From Octopus bimaculoides (lineage: Eukaryota), in assembly GCF_001194135.2 (NCBI RefSeq), contig NC_068989.1:277182-341181 (forward strand): a DNA stretch of 64,000 bases. The letters are read 5' to 3'. Position numbers and translations under genes: made by a program. Below the pieces are notes generated by a model that saw only the letters and a program-made list of their open reading frames with translations, was not told the origin of the DNA and ran no database searches. Positions 61,178 through 64,000 of this stretch are shown here, piece after piece. Position 1 is the stretch's first letter. Each line of letters begins with the position of its first letter.

Positions 61178-63027
61178 AGGCATATAAAGTTCTTCACAGG
61201 TTAAAAATCATAGTTATGGCATGGAGCTATTTACATAGAAAAAGAAAAATTAAAAGAATGGTTATTTTATAAAATAATGTGTGATACACATTCACATCTC
61301 ACATCCATTTATGATTTCATGAAAACTTTGGTTGGTTAGTCATTTTGTATGTGTTTTTTTTTTTTTACTGATTTCGCCTTGTTTTTATTTTGGTATAGCA
61401 GAGCAAGTATATAAAACAGTGAGTGTAATATAATACCTATACTTATGAAATATGCCATTGTTAAACACATTTTAAGTTTTCCAAAATATCAACTTCATCT
61501 TTCACAACAGATTTTCTTCCTTCTATTTCTGACATTCCCTAGTTGTCTTCATTTGTAACAGATAGGCATATCCTTTGGTTGTATTGGAAGTAAAAGTTCT
61601 GGTGTCTGATTCAAAATCAAGCCAAAGTATAGTATTATGTGTATGAAATTAAAAAAATAAAAAAACAGAAAAATGGGTTTCTGAAGACAATTAGAGAGCA
61701 CAACTACTAATCAAAATGATGTTAGACACACACACACACACACACACAAAAATTAACAGTTTGGAAATCCCAGGTACTATTATACAATTATTAAAAAAAT
61801 ATTCAATGGCTAATTAAGTGGAGAGGTTTCATTAATAGCACCAAACCACATTCTAAATAATGAGCACAAGAAAATCTAGCCAAGACAACTGTTGAATAGA
61901 GAGTGGCTGTGAAGCATCACAACTGCTGGCATCAATAGCTATTTACAGAACTTTAGTTCTGCGATTCGATGATGTGAGGGCAAGGATTTCTTTAATAATT
62001 TGGCTTGGGTAAAAATCAGGTACACAAGAATAAAATATTTAATTCCCTGTAAGCAACAAATCACTGTTATCGTGACATGCAGTAAGAATTGTAATTTATG
62101 ATTTTGATTTAAAAAATTGGCCTGTGAAAATTCTATGGTCCCATTTAAAAAGTATTTTTGAAAAAAAAAATTAAAAATTAGTGAGTAAAAAGAAAAAGGA
62201 ACAAATAACAACAATAATAGAATAACCCCTCTTTCACTAATTAATCTTAGAGAAGTAAGAAATTGCACAACCATCTGGAAACTAGTCATTCTTCAAATAT
62301 GCTAACCCAATTGGCTTCAAACCACTATAGGGTGTGTTTCCCAGAAATCTTGACATGTTGCTTTCCATTTTCTGTATCTTTCAAACAGACACACACACAC
62401 ACACACACACACCTACTCAAACATATTTCTCTGTGGATGGGTGTATATGTGTGTATACATATATCACACATAAGCTATTTATATGACATGCACACATATA
62501 CACTGGCCTCTTATTGCCAGTTTCCATATTATACACACATTCTACCATTATATGCATGAAATCTTACTTTCTGTAATACATTCTCTAGTTTCTTTAGACT
62601 ATTTCTCTACCTTTCTCAATTTCTTTTCAATATATTTTCTCATTATTTTATGTTTCTTCTCTTAATATACTCTTTCTCTAGACTTAGCCTTTTTTTAAAA
62701 TCCTTTAAAAACACACAAACATGCATACAAACACAATACTTACAAAATTTCATCTAGATAACCCCAAATAATAAATGACTATTGTTCTTAATTACAACAA
62801 TTGTTATTCACAGTCATTAATCACTCAATATTTTAAATAAGGAAAACTGCTAAGAGTTTCCTCATGAACAAAGTTGACAATTCTGTGGATACAAACAAAA
62901 TATTCTTAAATACAAAAAATATGAATCACTCAGGCCCTCAGAATAAATTTCTCTTTCAATTATTGTTAATGTCTCTTCTTTGTAACCATCAGTTTTGGAA
63001 GTCTTTCTTGAGAACTTACCAACAAGC

Positions 63028-63437
63028 TCAGGGATCAATCTCATGAATCGTCGGCTCTTTTTGTCGGTTTGGTGTTGCCCTTGTTGAAAAGGTTTCTACA
63101 TGTTCTTTTTGAAGATCTTTGCATTCTTGAATGTTCTCACACAAAGCAGCTGACTGGCAATCAGCATCATTGTTCTCATCTTCTGAAGCAGACAGATCAA
63201 GATTTAACTGCTCAAAGAGACCAATTGGTACAAGGCTTGCAGCACCACCTTTGCCTTTACCTTTAGATTTTGTCTTACGCAGATTCCGTTTGCCTGGTAA
63301 GCGGCGGCTATGTGAAATAGCATCAAGTTCTGAACCAGAACTTGATTCAGGTGGTACAAAATTATCTCTTCTTGAAGAGCGTTTTGACTCAGGAACATGC
63401 CTCAGAAAATTTACAATAGGCACTGGTGTACTGTTAC

Positions 63438-63497
<60 letters not shown>

Positions 63498-63758
63498 GGG
63501 TTGTTGCTTGTCCACTGTCGACTAATTTGGTACATTTATAAGTAGGCTTGGGAGGTAACTCCTTGTTTTTTCCAGGACTGTTATTTGAAAAGCTTCCAGT
63601 CTTGTTATCCACCTCAATTTTGCTTTTAGTAGGTTTACATTTTAAGGCCACTGAAGTTGGTTTTATTTTAGAAGAATCAAAATGCAGTACAGACTTCTGC
63701 AAAGCTTCTGGATTGTTTCCTTGGATATTTTCTGATAAGGAATCATCATATTCATTAT
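63028..63758 (-). CDS. Last coding exon of an unidentified gene; low-complexity, probably disordered region with a 19-Asn tract and a basic patch. The gene continues beyond the window.
   Basis: Minus-strand acceptor ...cttccattcttttag precedes 63758. The frame is open from a phase-1 junction (xNEYDDSLSENIQG...) for 243 codons to TGA at 63030-63028. The 224-aa ORF call starts at an internal TTG. A possible upstream exon ends at 63984 (donor gtaaga). Confidence 0.72.
63439..63495 (-). repeat. Coding (AAT)19 microsatellite encoding poly-Asn
   Basis: 57 nt of uninterrupted att on the + strand, in frame in the 63028-63758 exon. Confidence 0.9.
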
Positions 63759-64000
63759 CTAAAAGAATGGAAGTTAAATAAATAAGATTATTTTATTACA
63801 AAATATTACAATATATAATACAGACAGTGACAAATAAAACAGTTGAACTGTAGAAGCTGTGTATGAGCCAAAAGTTAATTTGTATTGCAGGCATTCTGTT
63901 GAATCTCTGAAGACATCCTTTAATTCTACGAGGAATCCTTTATGCAGTTACTTGTTCTGCAATAAATACCACCAAAATCTTACTCATATCACATTGTAAA

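Noticed and set aside
63131-63541. 136-aa plus-strand ORF with a poly-Leu stretch resembling a transmembrane helix
   Set aside because: It is the antisense shadow of the (AAT)19 tract in the minus-strand exon, which has the better splice context and longer open frame.

Overview
AT-rich animal genomic DNA with spliceosomal introns, long microsatellites and scaffold gaps. It is most likely an octopus (coleoid cephalopod); this is inferred from repeat families I recognise, not from a database search. Four protein-coding loci are supported. (1) A complete 13-exon PSMD11/Rpn6 gene (+, 957-16607, 423 aa, every junction GT-AG and in phase). (2) A single-coding-exon ankyrin-repeat/SOCS-box (ASB-type) gene (-, 21167-22453), tail-to-tail with PSMD11. 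(3) A 4-exon secreted protein (+, 35344 to about 40190): signal peptide, PAN/apple-like domain, short EGF-like module, then a domain that starts like a fibrinogen-related domain and continues into a region I cannot assign. (4) The last coding exon of an unidentified gene with a 19-Asn tract (-, 63028-63758). Introns and intergenic DNA carry several SINE families, RTE and Penelope retroelement remnants, two Tc1/mariner remnants, and hAT-, piggyBac- and Tc1-type MITEs. The most unusual structure is a roughly 16.5 kb CpG-dense satellite (42736-59206) built from TTCG and TACG tetramers. It flips strand four times, carries a recurring 45-nt cassette and has a 760-bp higher-order repeat. Its many ORFs are repeat artefacts. 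A perfect NF-E2/Nrf-type site (TGCTGACTCAC) lies 62 bp into PSMD11 intron 1. No rRNA, tRNA gene or CRISPR array was found.
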